DNA of 20,416 nucleotides, from the NCBI GenBank assembly GCA_037446475.1, contig JBBIIM010000010.1, positions 17,551 through 37,966 on the forward strand, in the 5' to 3' direction. Below, piece after piece: positions 1-8,897 of this stretch. Source of the DNA: Crocinitomicaceae bacterium (GTDB lineage Bacteria > Bacteroidota > Bacteroidia > Flavobacteriales_D > Crocinitomicaceae). A model generated the notes under the pieces. It had not been told where the DNA came from and made no database searches. It saw only the letters and a list, made by a program, of their open reading frames with translations. Position 1 is the stretch's first letter. Each line of letters begins with the position of its first letter. The position numbers and the translations under genes were made by a program.

Positions 1-145
1 TTCGAATTTTCTTAAAAATACGCAAACCATCTGGTTCAAATAACATGAATGGTTCAAAACATGAATCGTAAAATTTAAACCTGCCGATATCCATCGGCAA
101 AGAAGTTCAGGGGTATTAAGTCAAAAAAAACTTTTCCCCGTAAAA

Positions 146-844
146 TTATTGCACCTTGATTCTGATAGGAATAATCATGCTCACATTCACCGGGCGACCA
201 CGATGCTTTCCGGGTTTCCAATCGGGCATGGATTTTACCACGCGCAAAGCCTCCTTGTCTAATTCCGGTGAAATACCGCGCTCAATTTTTGGGTCCTCTA
301 CCTCACCCTTGTGATTCACGATAAATTTCACATAGATGGTCCCTTGCTCGTAAGTGTCCATGAATTTTGGGAATTTGAAACCGGATTGCACAAAACTCAT
401 CATCGCAGGGTCTCCACCGGGGAATTCAGGTAACTCTTGCACGAATTCAATGCCCATGGTCTCGATCACATCCGCATCCCCGGTTCCGAAATCACCCATA
501 CCCACTTCGCCATCGTTGAAATCTACAAAATCAGGCAACTCATCTTGGACTTGATTCACCCAATTATCCTCGGGTTCTTTTTGTTTTTCATCCACTATTT
601 CCGGTGTAAAAACTTGTGGAGCGGGTGGTCGCACTGAGGCAGTTTTGGGTGGCACCGTTTTTACCGCTTCAAACAACTCCGCTGCGACAAGCGGCTTGTC
701 AAAATCCTTTTGACTTTTCTTTTCAATCGGTGTTCCGTATTTGAATGCCGCCAAGGTCAACGAACCGGCCACCAAAAGTCCGAGGTTCAAAAAGAGTGAT
801 TTGCGTTTTTCCAAATCCAAACCGGGTTTTTTTTTCACATTCAT
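146..844 (-). CDS. Energy transducer TonB family protein. It has an N-terminal membrane anchor, a Pro-rich spacer and a C-terminal TonB domain.
   Basis: ORF-track translation shows N-terminal hydrophobic segment LFLNLGLLVAGSLTLAAF, a proline-rich linker (VPPKTASVRPPAPQVFTPE) and a C-terminal TonB-C-like block (FPGGDPAMMSFVQSGFKFP...GTIYVKFIVNHKGEVEDPKIERGISPELDKEALRVVKSMPDWKPG). Start trimmed to internal MNVKKK (track ORF extends to 892). Confidence 0.8.
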   Translation of the reverse strand: MNVKKKPGLDLEKRKSLFLNLGLLVAGSLTLAAFKYGTPIEKKSQKDFDKPLVAAELFEAVKTVPPKTASVRPPAPQVFTPEIVDEKQKEPEDNWVNQVQDELPDFVDFNDGEVGMGDFGTGDADVIETMGIEFVQELPEFPGGDPAMMSFVQSGFKFPKFMDTYEQGTIYVKFIVNHKGEVEDPKIERGISPELDKEALRVVKSMPDWKPGKHRGRPVNVSMIIPIRIKVQ

Positions 845-958
845 AACCGTAAATTTTAAGTTAAACAATGTGAAAAATGCTGCAAAGCACATGCCTGAAA
901 AATGCTGAATATCAAAGAAATAAAGAATTCTCTTTTGAAATGCGTTCCTGAATGATTG

Positions 959-1792
959 TCAGGTATCAATTTGGATGTGTTCGGCTTCAATTGCCGTACC
1001 AATGAATCGCGTGGCAAAGGCATTAAAATCCTCTGCGCGCTCCGTGGTCATGTATTGTACACTTCCGCCTCGGGTCAATTTATTGGCCATAGCGAAATGA
1101 CGCTGCAAATAATCCTTCAAGCTGCGGGCCACGATTTCGCCCTGAGCCACAATTTGAATCTTGCCCTGACCGAGCTGATCCAAAAACTCTTTGATGATTG
1201 GATAATGCGTACACGCGAGCAGTACCGTGTCAATTTGAGGCTGTTTAATTAGCAAATCTTTGAAATCCTCCTCGATAATCAACTGACCACCGGCCGAATA
1301 ATGTTTGTCATTTTCAATCAAGGGCACCCACAACGGGCAAGCCTTTTGTACAATTTCAATTTTTGGATAGTGTTTATGAATCTCGATGAGGTAGGAATTG
1401 GACTGCACCGTTCCCTGCGTGCCCAAAACACCAATAAACTGCGAAGAAGTAAATTTTCCGATTTGCTCTGCGCTTGGTCTAATTACCCCAAGAACGCGCC
1501 TGTCGGGGTCAATTTTGGGCAAATCATTTTGTTGAATGGTGCGCAGCGCCTTGGCCGAAGCCGTGTTGCAAGCAATGATAATCAACTCACAATCCAATTC
1601 AAAAAGTTTCTTCACCGCCTGAAGCGTAAACTGATACACGACCTCAAAAGAGCGCGACCCATACGGCGCACGGGCATTGTCCCCCAAATAGAGGTAATCG
1701 TATTCAGGCAGTAACTTGCGGATGTCTTTCAAGATGGTAAGACCTCCGTAACCCGAATCAAATACACCGATTTTGCCTTTGCTCATGCGCAC
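959..1792 (-). CDS. murI: Glutamate racemase
   Basis: Translation contains the canonical MurI N-terminus IGVFDSGYGGLT, the IIIACNTAS active-site block and the CTHYP motif (LLACTHYPII). Length 277 aa is typical. Alternative start MSKGK at 1786. Confidence 0.9.
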   Translation of the reverse strand: MRMSKGKIGVFDSGYGGLTILKDIRKLLPEYDYLYLGDNARAPYGSRSFEVVYQFTLQAVKKLFELDCELIIIACNTASAKALRTIQQNDLPKIDPDRRVLGVIRPSAEQIGKFTSSQFIGVLGTQGTVQSNSYLIEIHKHYPKIEIVQKACPLWVPLIENDKHYSAGGQLIIEEDFKDLLIKQPQIDTVLLACTHYPIIKEFLDQLGQGKIQIVAQGEIVARSLKDYLQRHFAMANKLTRGGSVQYMTTERAEDFNAFATRFIGTAIEAEHIQIDT

Positions 1793-1823
1793 AAAACTAA
1801 AGATTTATTGTGCATGCCACATC

Positions 1824-2546
1824 CTATTTCCGGACGTATTCTTGCTCCACCAAGCGTTGAACCACCTCATATACAGCATCACCATTTTTGAGAATCTTTT
1901 TACACCAGTCCAATTTGAGGTCCAATTGTTCTTCAGGACTCAAAGCCCAATTTTCAACCTCTCGCTCCATTTTCTGCCGCAGCACCTGTAAACACAAAGC
2001 CACCGATACGCTGATGTTGAAACTTTCTGTAAAACCGAACATGGGAATGTGCACCGTTTCATCCGCTTGGGCAAAAGCCGCGTCGCTCAAGCCATACTTT
2101 TCCGTGCCAAAAAGCAAACAAATTGGTTCTTTAACATCCAAATCGAAGATGCTTTGTTCTGCAGCAGGCGAGGTAGCAACAATTTTATACCCTTTCGCTT
2201 TGATATCGCTCAGACACTTCTCGGACTCACCTTGTTGGTAGCGGAATTCGGTAATCCATTTGGTTGCTCCCATCGCAACATCGCGATTGAGTTTGAATTT
2301 GTGCTTAGCGATTACATACACATCCTGCAAACCGAAACAATCGCAATTGCGAATCACAGCGCTCGTGTTGTGTGATTGGTACAAATTCTCAACGGCTACG
2401 GTAAGATGTCTGGTGCGTCGCGCTGCATTTTTCTCCACCAAGTGCATTTTGGAATCGGACAGCATGTCGAAAAGACGCTTGTAAATTTCTTCTTTCACGG
2501 GACAAAAATAGTGAATCGAAGAAGACCGACTCAAACCCGAGAACAT
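1824..2546 (-). CDS. SpoU/TrmH family RNA 2'-O-methyltransferase, probably tRNA Gm18 methyltransferase TrmH
   Basis: Motifs LTVAVENLYQSHNTSAVIRNCDCFG and LLFGTEKYGLSD plus C-terminal SPOUT-type block. About 240 aa like E. coli TrmH. Exact start uncertain. Confidence 0.75.
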   Translation of the reverse strand: MFSGLSRSSSIHYFCPVKEEIYKRLFDMLSDSKMHLVEKNAARRTRHLTVAVENLYQSHNTSAVIRNCDCFGLQDVYVIAKHKFKLNRDVAMGATKWITEFRYQQGESEKCLSDIKAKGYKIVATSPAAEQSIFDLDVKEPICLLFGTEKYGLSDAAFAQADETVHIPMFGFTESFNISVSVALCLQVLRQKMEREVENWALSPEEQLDLKLDWCKKILKNGDAVYEVVQRLVEQEYVRK

Positions 2547-2614
2547 GCAACCTCAACGTACAAAAATCAGGCTTAAAACTGAGAATAATCAAGTATCAGA
2601 CCATGTGAAATAGC

Positions 2615-2622
2615 TACTTTTG
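2615..2622 (+). promoter_or_regulatory. Candidate Bacteroidota -7 promoter box (TAnnTTTG) upstream of the usp gene
   Basis: tacttttg lies 17 bp upstream of the ATG at 2639, in the divergent intergenic region between trmH-like and usp. Confidence 0.3.
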
Positions 2623-2638
2623 CGGCAAAATTTTACAG

Positions 2639-3460
2639 ATGAAAAAACCTATCTACCTTGTTCCTTGCGATTTCTCAGTCATTTTCAAAAGTGCGCTTCG
2701 TCTGGGCATTGATTTGGCGGAATACAACAAAGGCTCAGTGATGATCTTGCACTTGGCCGCAAAAAAATCCGACAAAGCCGAATCCGAGCAAAAAATGAAA
2801 AAAGTGATGGCTGAACTCAAAGCATCGGAACTTGAATTTGTAGAATGGCGTGTGTTGGTGGGTGATATTTACGAAGACATTGCGCAAGCTGCCGAAATTC
2901 TCGACGCTTCTTTGATTGTAATGTCAACGCATGGTGCCAAGGGTATTCAAAAACTGCGCGGCAGCAACGCCTTGCGCTTGGTGGACAGTTCGTCTGTACC
3001 CTTCATGATTACGCAAGGTTCAAAATATGTGGACAAAATGAAGCAGATTGTGATGCCGTTTTGCGACCAAAAAGAAAGTTTGCAAGTGGCTCAAAGTGCG
3101 GCGGTCATTGCCAAACAGTTCAACAGCACCATCCACTTGGTGGGTTATTTGGACAAAAACGAGCAATCGCGCTCCAAGGCTTTGTCTCACCACAAAATCC
3201 TGTTCAAGTTTTTCTCCGATCAGGGCATTACCGTGAAAACACACAACATCGAATCTAAAGAAGACTATGAAAAGGCGCTTTTTGCCTATGCCAAGGAAGT
3301 AGATGCTGATTTGTATGCCGCTACTTTTTTCAACACCACCATCGTTTCGGGCATCAACAGCTTTTTGCAATCACTCTTGGAAAACGACGACGATATCCCT
3401 GTGCTTACGGTCAACGCAGAAGAATTAGGCGTGAGTTCAGTGACCTCCGTGATGATGTAA
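2639..3460 (+). CDS. Universal stress protein (UspA family), tandem Usp domains
   Basis: Two Usp-like halves, each with the ATP-binding-type motif region (IVMSTHGAKGIQKLRGSNALRLV and the second half HLVGYLD...DADLYAATFFN...). 273 aa is typical for tandem-domain Usp proteins. Confidence 0.8.
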   Translation: MKKPIYLVPCDFSVIFKSALRLGIDLAEYNKGSVMILHLAAKKSDKAESEQKMKKVMAELKASELEFVEWRVLVGDIYEDIAQAAEILDASLIVMSTHGAKGIQKLRGSNALRLVDSSSVPFMITQGSKYVDKMKQIVMPFCDQKESLQVAQSAAVIAKQFNSTIHLVGYLDKNEQSRSKALSHHKILFKFFSDQGITVKTHNIESKEDYEKALFAYAKEVDADLYAATFFNTTIVSGINSFLQSLLENDDDIPVLTVNAEELGVSSVTSVMM

Positions 3461-3476
3461 TATTAATCAGAACAAC

Positions 3477-3893
3477 ATGCAAAGCATCGAACAAATAGAA
3501 CAAGAAATCATCGAAGAATTCAACATTTACGATGATTGGATGGATAAATATGAATTTCTGATTTCCTACGGCAAGGAGCTCGAGCCACTTGATGATCAGT
3601 ACAAAACCGACGACAAATTGATTCGCGGCTGTCAAAGTAAAGTGTGGTTGCATTCCGAATTCGATGGTGAAAAGTTGAATTTCTTTGCGGATGCCGATGC
3701 CATTGTCACGAAAGGCATCATCGGTTTATTGATACGCGTGTTGAATCACCAAAAACCGGAAGATATTGCAAAAGCTGAGCTCAAGTTCATCGACGCCATC
3801 GGCTTGAAAGAACACCTCTCTCCTACCCGATCCAACGGATTGTTGAGCATGGTGAAACAAATGAAAATGGACGCTATTCAGGCCCTGGCATGA
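3477..3893 (+). CDS. sufE: SufE family cysteine desulfuration (sulfur acceptor) protein
   Basis: Conserved SufE block LIRGCQSKVWL with the active-site Cys. 138 aa. The 3' end overlaps the next gene by 4 nt (ATGA). Confidence 0.8.
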   Translation: MQSIEQIEQEIIEEFNIYDDWMDKYEFLISYGKELEPLDDQYKTDDKLIRGCQSKVWLHSEFDGEKLNFFADADAIVTKGIIGLLIRVLNHQKPEDIAKAELKFIDAIGLKEHLSPTRSNGLLSMVKQMKMDAIQALA

Positions 3894-4468
3894 TGGGTAA
3901 ATTGCCCCCATATCTCTTTACTTTACTCGTACTGTTTGGAGCTGTGACATCATGTTCCTCTATCAAAAACAAAAGCGAGGAAAAATTATACCCGGTGACC
4001 TTGTCATTTTTCATCCATACACCCTATTGCGGTGGCGCTTACCCGGGTCCTGAACAACAAAAGGGTTATACCAATCCAATGAATTTGTATGAGTTCGCGC
4101 TGTATGAAGCCGCTGAACAGTTCGGATTTCATCAACATACGAACAAGCTGATACAGAAATTCAAAGTGGACTCAAAAGGTGAGATTCTGTTGAATTTGGC
4201 TCCGGGAAATTATTATGTGGTTCTGGCTGACAAAGCGCTTCCCTTCAAGACATTTTACACGAAAAACGACATAGGCGATGGTGTTACAAACAACAGCAGT
4301 GACGAAGCGTGTTTTTTACAATGGTATAGAACCCCGGATTTTCGCTTCACTGTGATTCGCGCTCCCGAACAAAAACATTCGAGAACATTCAATGCATTTT
4401 GCTACAATGGGTTGAATCCTTGTGTGTACTACATCGGACCTCTTCCTCCGAGCAGTCCGCCAAGATAA
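3890..4468 (+). CDS. Hypothetical lipoprotein
   Basis: Signal peptide with lipobox (LFGAVTSCSS). No recognisable catalytic motifs. Start overlaps sufE stop by 4 nt. Confidence 0.6.
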   Translation: MMGKLPPYLFTLLVLFGAVTSCSSIKNKSEEKLYPVTLSFFIHTPYCGGAYPGPEQQKGYTNPMNLYEFALYEAAEQFGFHQHTNKLIQKFKVDSKGEILLNLAPGNYYVVLADKALPFKTFYTKNDIGDGVTNNSSDEACFLQWYRTPDFRFTVIRAPEQKHSRTFNAFCYNGLNPCVYYIGPLPPSSPPR

Positions 4469-4470
4469 TT

Positions 4471-4797
4471 TTAGAAGCGCCCGTGGTTTTCGGGGTATTC
4501 AAAGTAGCGGCTGTCTCCCAAGAGCGTGCCAAAAGGAATGAAAGCGAGAATGAGGGTGATAGCCGTGGTGGTCCAGCGCCAGTTGAATGCATTTTTAACC
4601 CGGAAAAGCGCCATGACATAAAGCACGAAAAAGATACCGTGAAGTATGCCCAAAACCATATTCGGCCAATGAATGCCGTTGAGGTATTTCAAAGGCATTG
4701 TTAAGCTCACCAATAAAACCAGTGAAACCCCCTCAATGAAGGCAATCACTCGCAGTCTACCGGTTTCCGTTTCTAGAAGCTCTTGTAAAAAATTCAT
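4471..4797 (-). CDS. Small integral membrane protein (DUF3817-like)
   Basis: About 108 aa with three predicted TM segments (VSLVLLVSLTMPL, MVLGILHGIFFVLYVMALF, TTTAITLILAFIPFGTLL). Start trimmed to MNFLQ so that it overlaps the upstream gene stop by 4 nt (ATGA); the track ORF extends to 4818. Confidence 0.6.
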   Translation of the reverse strand: MNFLQELLETETGRLRVIAFIEGVSLVLLVSLTMPLKYLNGIHWPNMVLGILHGIFFVLYVMALFRVKNAFNWRWTTTAITLILAFIPFGTLLGDSRYFEYPENHGRF

Positions 4798-5711
4798 TTC
4801 TTCAGTGTTGTTTTCCAAATATCCAGTGCGGCATCCACTTTAGATTTGTTGTCTGCGCGGCTGTAAAATTCAGCATTATTTTTCATTGATTTTACATTTT
4901 CTGCAAACTCAATGGCTTTTACATAATCTCCGGCTCGAGCCAGCAGTTTTGCATGGACCCATAACATGTGTGCTTCTACATATTCTTTGGAAACATAACG
5001 GCTATCCCATGTTTTGGTCTCCTTGAACATTTTTTCAGCTTGCGTCAACCAGTTGCGCGCTAGGGGAAGCTCGACGTTCAACTCTTCAAAATAGTCTGCA
5101 CCTTGCAAATAAGGCGCCCACTTGGCATCTGCCGCGGCTGCATCTGATTTGGCTTTTACCTCTTCTTTGAGTACATTCACAAAGTCAGTCTCAAAAGGGA
5201 TGGTCAAGTCCAAAAACTCCCACGATAAGGTCAACGAACCATGAATGAAACTGTGCTGTTCGATACTCACGGTCAAGTCTTCGGCGATGTTGGTTCTTTT
5301 TCTCGGCACTACATCCAAGCGAACCACATCCTTGCTTGCATCGTAGTTGTACGCCCCCCATTGCTCATGGTCTTTATTCAAAATCATGGTCCATTTGTGG
5401 TGTGGATTCGGAATTACAAACAGGGCATATTTGCCCGCAGGCACTTTTTTGTTGTCGATGCTTACCGCCGTGCTGAACTCAATGGTAGTGGCGGCGTTAG
5501 CACCGGCGCGCCAGAGTTCATTGTAGAGAACGAGTTCGCCCCAAATTTTTCGACCTTTCACCGAAGGGCTGTTCCAACGTGCCTCCACCTTGGTGTAGCC
5601 CACTTTTTGATAAACGCCTTTTTCCGCACTTGCTCGTGGAAGGAGTGCGCGGTTGTATTGCGCGTTAAGTAAAGCCGGCAAAAGCGTCAACAGTACGACT
5701 AATTTCTTCAT
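4794..5711 (-). CDS. Secreted DUF2911-like protein with C-terminal TPR-like helical region
   Basis: N-terminal signal peptide MKKLVVLLTLLPALLNAQ. Conserved block WRAGANAATTIEF...GKYALFVIPN. C-terminal helical repeats. Start trimmed to the second Met; the track ORF extends to 5741. Confidence 0.6.
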   Translation of the reverse strand: MKKLVVLLTLLPALLNAQYNRALLPRASAEKGVYQKVGYTKVEARWNSPSVKGRKIWGELVLYNELWRAGANAATTIEFSTAVSIDNKKVPAGKYALFVIPNPHHKWTMILNKDHEQWGAYNYDASKDVVRLDVVPRKRTNIAEDLTVSIEQHSFIHGSLTLSWEFLDLTIPFETDFVNVLKEEVKAKSDAAAADAKWAPYLQGADYFEELNVELPLARNWLTQAEKMFKETKTWDSRYVSKEYVEAHMLWVHAKLLARAGDYVKAIEFAENVKSMKNNAEFYSRADNKSKVDAALDIWKTTLKK

Positions 5712-5764
5712 GGTTTTGAGTTTAATATTCTTGTTCAACAATTCACGAGCAACGATGTTTGATT

Positions 5765-6112
5765 TCAGACCCTAAATTCCTCATCCTGACTGAAATACTC
5801 GATGATAGCCTCTTTCATGAGATGTTCTTGAGCGCGTTGATCTAAAACAGGTAAAGGTTTTTTCAATTCGAAATGCGGCCATCCGTCTTCATCTCTTCCG
5901 ACAAATTCATAATAACCTGTGGGCATGAGCACGGTACAAATGGCCACGTGCATCAAATCCACTTTTTCGTCCTTTTTGAATTGGCGATAGCCTTGTCCCA
6001 ACTCTTGAACGCCGATGAGAAAAAGAATCGATTGCACATCAAGCCCTCCACCGAAGCGGTCGTCGAGTTTTTTCACCAATTTTTGAAAACGCAATTCTAC
6101 GTCGAAATCCAT
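5765..6112 (-). CDS. Conserved hypothetical cytoplasmic protein (115 aa)
   Basis: Complete ORF tightly packed between flanking minus-strand genes. No signal peptide and no recognisable motif. Confidence 0.55.
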   Translation of the reverse strand: MDFDVELRFQKLVKKLDDRFGGGLDVQSILFLIGVQELGQGYRQFKKDEKVDLMHVAICTVLMPTGYYEFVGRDEDGWPHFELKKPLPVLDQRAQEHLMKEAIIEYFSQDEEFRV

Positions 6113-6121
6113 TCCTTTTTT

Positions 6122-7585
6122 CTATTTCTGTTCTACGGCAATACGCGCTTGAATCAATCCTTTGTTCGTTTTGATTTCTACCAAATAAGTACTAGGCGCA
6201 AATTCGCGCAAATCCAATGTTTCGATATTTTTTGCTTGCATCAGCAATTGACCCAAATTGTTGTAAACAAGTACCTCAGCAATATTCAAATCCGCGGATT
6301 GGCTGAAATTAAAAATTCCCGGGCTTGGATTCGGATAAATCAAAAAATCGACATTTTCCGGTGCTTGGATGGACAAAATTTGATGTTGGGTCACAGTTTG
6401 CAAACTGGCCACGGTATTGTCCAATTTCAGTAAAAAAGCACTTGAGCCTCCCAGACCGATTCCGGTATCTTTGGTGTAGCCCACCAAAGCAAATCGTCCG
6501 AATGCATCGAGCGTTTTGATGATTCTTTTGGGATAAACCTTTGCCCCATAGGCTTGGTGCGAGTATCCACCGAAGTGCAAGAAATACGTTTGACGGAAAA
6601 TAGCAGAAAACGGCCCGACACTACCCACCAAAGCGGGATTGTCGTTTTGCAGCGCCAAATAAATCGCATCGGGATCCACGGCCGCTCCGGAAACATAAGT
6701 CTGCTGGGTTGTTGTCTCAAAATGTTGGATATTCAAATCTCCGTTTGTTTCAATCACCGCGCGATACGCTCTGTAATCGGCGCTTGAGGCTCCGGTAGGA
6801 TAATAATTGCCAAACACATAAATACGGTCATTGATCATTTCTACTGAACGAAATTCTCCGGTACCCACGCCGTAGAGGTAATCATTTTTACTCCAAAGCA
6901 CATTGCCGTCCAAATCGTACTTGGCCACCCAAGCATTGGAAACAGCTTCGCCCCATTTCCCTGCAACCACATAGGAATTGTTATCGAACAAAGCGCAAGA
7001 ATACAAAACCACATCGTCCGGTCCGGAATAGGTGTTTTGCCACACAACTTCACCCTGATTGTCCGTCCTCACGGCAAATCCGTCTTTGCCTGAATGACCC
7101 AAGCCTTCCACTTCTCCCACCAACAATACGCCTTCATCGGGAAGCAAAATGGCGTCGTGCAACATTTCCCAATTGCCGGCGCCGTAAGTTTTTTGCCATT
7201 GCAACTGAAACTGCTCGTTGAGCTTGACGAGGTAAAAATCAAAATTGGCATCGGTGGTAAAACTGTTGCTGATACCGGCCAACCAAAAACCAACACCGGG
7301 TTTGTGAAGCACCCTGAAGGCTTGGTCTGATCGAACTCCTCCAAAAAAATAAGAATTCAGAAAATTCCCGACTTTGTCCACATGGAGCAGCATCGCTTGA
7401 CTGGGAGCGTCACCCGGGCTGGAACTCGACCCGGCTATGTAGTACGATGAATCGCCCTGCATTTGAATTAAGTCATAGCCGGTGTCGTAGCCATTACCGC
7501 CGTAAGTTTTGTAAAAAACAGCCTGCGCTTTAAGGGATACAAGTGCAAAAGACAGGCAAAGACTGAAAATTATTTTTGTTGCCAT
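6122..7585 (-). CDS. SBBP-repeat beta-propeller protein with T9SS (Por) C-terminal sorting domain
   Basis: N-terminal signal peptide. Several repeats of the form KTYGGxxxDxGxDL...YYIAG / WQKTYG / WQNTYSG / LWSKNDY, which are SBBP-like blades. C-terminal approximately 80 aa with the T9SS CTD pattern (LIYPNPSPGIFNF...VLVYNNLGQLLM...STYLVEIKT). Confidence 0.7.
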   Translation of the reverse strand: MATKIIFSLCLSFALVSLKAQAVFYKTYGGNGYDTGYDLIQMQGDSSYYIAGSSSSPGDAPSQAMLLHVDKVGNFLNSYFFGGVRSDQAFRVLHKPGVGFWLAGISNSFTTDANFDFYLVKLNEQFQLQWQKTYGAGNWEMLHDAILLPDEGVLLVGEVEGLGHSGKDGFAVRTDNQGEVVWQNTYSGPDDVVLYSCALFDNNSYVVAGKWGEAVSNAWVAKYDLDGNVLWSKNDYLYGVGTGEFRSVEMINDRIYVFGNYYPTGASSADYRAYRAVIETNGDLNIQHFETTTQQTYVSGAAVDPDAIYLALQNDNPALVGSVGPFSAIFRQTYFLHFGGYSHQAYGAKVYPKRIIKTLDAFGRFALVGYTKDTGIGLGGSSAFLLKLDNTVASLQTVTQHQILSIQAPENVDFLIYPNPSPGIFNFSQSADLNIAEVLVYNNLGQLLMQAKNIETLDLREFAPSTYLVEIKTNKGLIQARIAVEQK

Positions 7586-8790
7586 GACAGTCTGAATAAA
7601 AGTGAATGACCAAAGCCCAAATTAAAAGCAGTGCCGAGCAAATCCTGCGTGCTTAGTCCTAGGTTGAATTGTCCGAAACGGTAATCGGCGTAAATACCCA
7701 AGCGCGCAGCACCGAATCCACCCAAATGTCCATGCATACCGGAAGAAAATTTATCACCGGCACGCCAATGCACACCAACATACGCTTGAGGCATGTACAA
7801 GACTTGCGTGTACACATTCAGACCGTAAAAGGCTTGCAATGATTTCGGAGAACTGCGATCCACGATTTTCGCCACTTGTACGAATCCGGGAAGCCATTGA
7901 CTGCTTGCACCGGTTTGTCGGACAATATTCAAACTGTCTTGCAAGGAAAATTCCGCGTTGTTGGCAATGTTCTCAATGGTTTGCAAATCAAATCCTGTGT
8001 AGCGGTAATTCGTGTCGAGTTGGTAAGAAAAAGTGTTTTTGTTCATGCGAACCAGCCCGATGTTGCTGGCCAAAACCTGAATGATTACCTCCTTATCTTT
8101 GACCTTGACGGGCATTCTCAAGTCCACATCTATTCCCAGACCCACACCCCGCAAAAACTGCGCGGAATTATTCCCCATGTACGAGCCAATCAAAATAATA
8201 TCCGTGGTGTCTTTGTCCGCGTTCTGGCGAAAAATACCGTTCATCAAATCAAAATTTTGGTAACCTGAAGCACCAATGAGATTCAGCGCAAAGGTTGATC
8301 TTGTCTTTTTGTCAACCACGCCGAAGCCCAACTTGTGGTGGCTCATTTGATAATATCGTGCGTCGGTCAAGTCAATGATTTCAGGCGTATTGGTATTTCC
8401 TTGTGACAAAAGGCGAAAAACATCACTGCGGTAAGACGTTCCGAAATACGTTTGATGACCCGCTGTTATCGCGTAACCCAAGTTCTTCTTTCCGAACAGA
8501 TTTTTCGCGTAATCGGTGTAAATCAAATCTGCATTTACAACAGCTCCCGAAAGGTTCAAGCCTTGGTTTTTCAATTGTTTTGTGGATTTGTCAATTTCAG
8601 CATCCGTGATGAATCCTCCGAAAAGAATTTTTCTACTCACCGGCGCCGCCAAATGGTTGGAATGCACCTGCCCGTTCGCAGAAAGAACAATTTCCCGTTT
8701 AATCGCTGTGGAGTCGAGCCAAATCGGGAGCGTTTGTTGCGCAAAAGTCGTGAAAACAAGAAAATAGCCTAGCAAAAGTTGAAGTCGCAT
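7570..8790 (-). CDS. Putative outer-membrane beta-barrel protein
   Basis: Signal peptide MRLQLLLGYFLVFTTFAQQ. Alternating hydrophobic beta-strand pattern throughout, Gly/aromatic-rich C-terminal half (GVHWRAGDKFSSGMHGHLGGFGAARLGIYADYRFGQFNLGLS). The 3' end overlaps the downstream T9SS cargo gene by 16 nt. Family not identified. Confidence 0.5.
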   Translation of the reverse strand: MRLQLLLGYFLVFTTFAQQTLPIWLDSTAIKREIVLSANGQVHSNHLAAPVSRKILFGGFITDAEIDKSTKQLKNQGLNLSGAVVNADLIYTDYAKNLFGKKNLGYAITAGHQTYFGTSYRSDVFRLLSQGNTNTPEIIDLTDARYYQMSHHKLGFGVVDKKTRSTFALNLIGASGYQNFDLMNGIFRQNADKDTTDIILIGSYMGNNSAQFLRGVGLGIDVDLRMPVKVKDKEVIIQVLASNIGLVRMNKNTFSYQLDTNYRYTGFDLQTIENIANNAEFSLQDSLNIVRQTGASSQWLPGFVQVAKIVDRSSPKSLQAFYGLNVYTQVLYMPQAYVGVHWRAGDKFSSGMHGHLGGFGAARLGIYADYRFGQFNLGLSTQDLLGTAFNLGFGHSLLFRLSWQQK

Positions 8791-8897
8791 GACGCAATGG
8801 GTTGTAGTATGGTTTTGCAAATATAAGGTTTGAGCAGGAATAAACGTCCGCAGGTCTTTCGTGGCAAATTCATTCTTCAGAGATTTGGAACTAATGC

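Noticed and set aside
1301-1714. 137-aa + strand ORF
   Set aside because: It is antisense within murI, which is unambiguously identified.
5873-6433. 186-aa + strand ORF, and the similar 5241-5672 ORF
   Set aside because: They overlap two or three tightly packed, motif-supported minus-strand genes and have no start context or recognisable domains.
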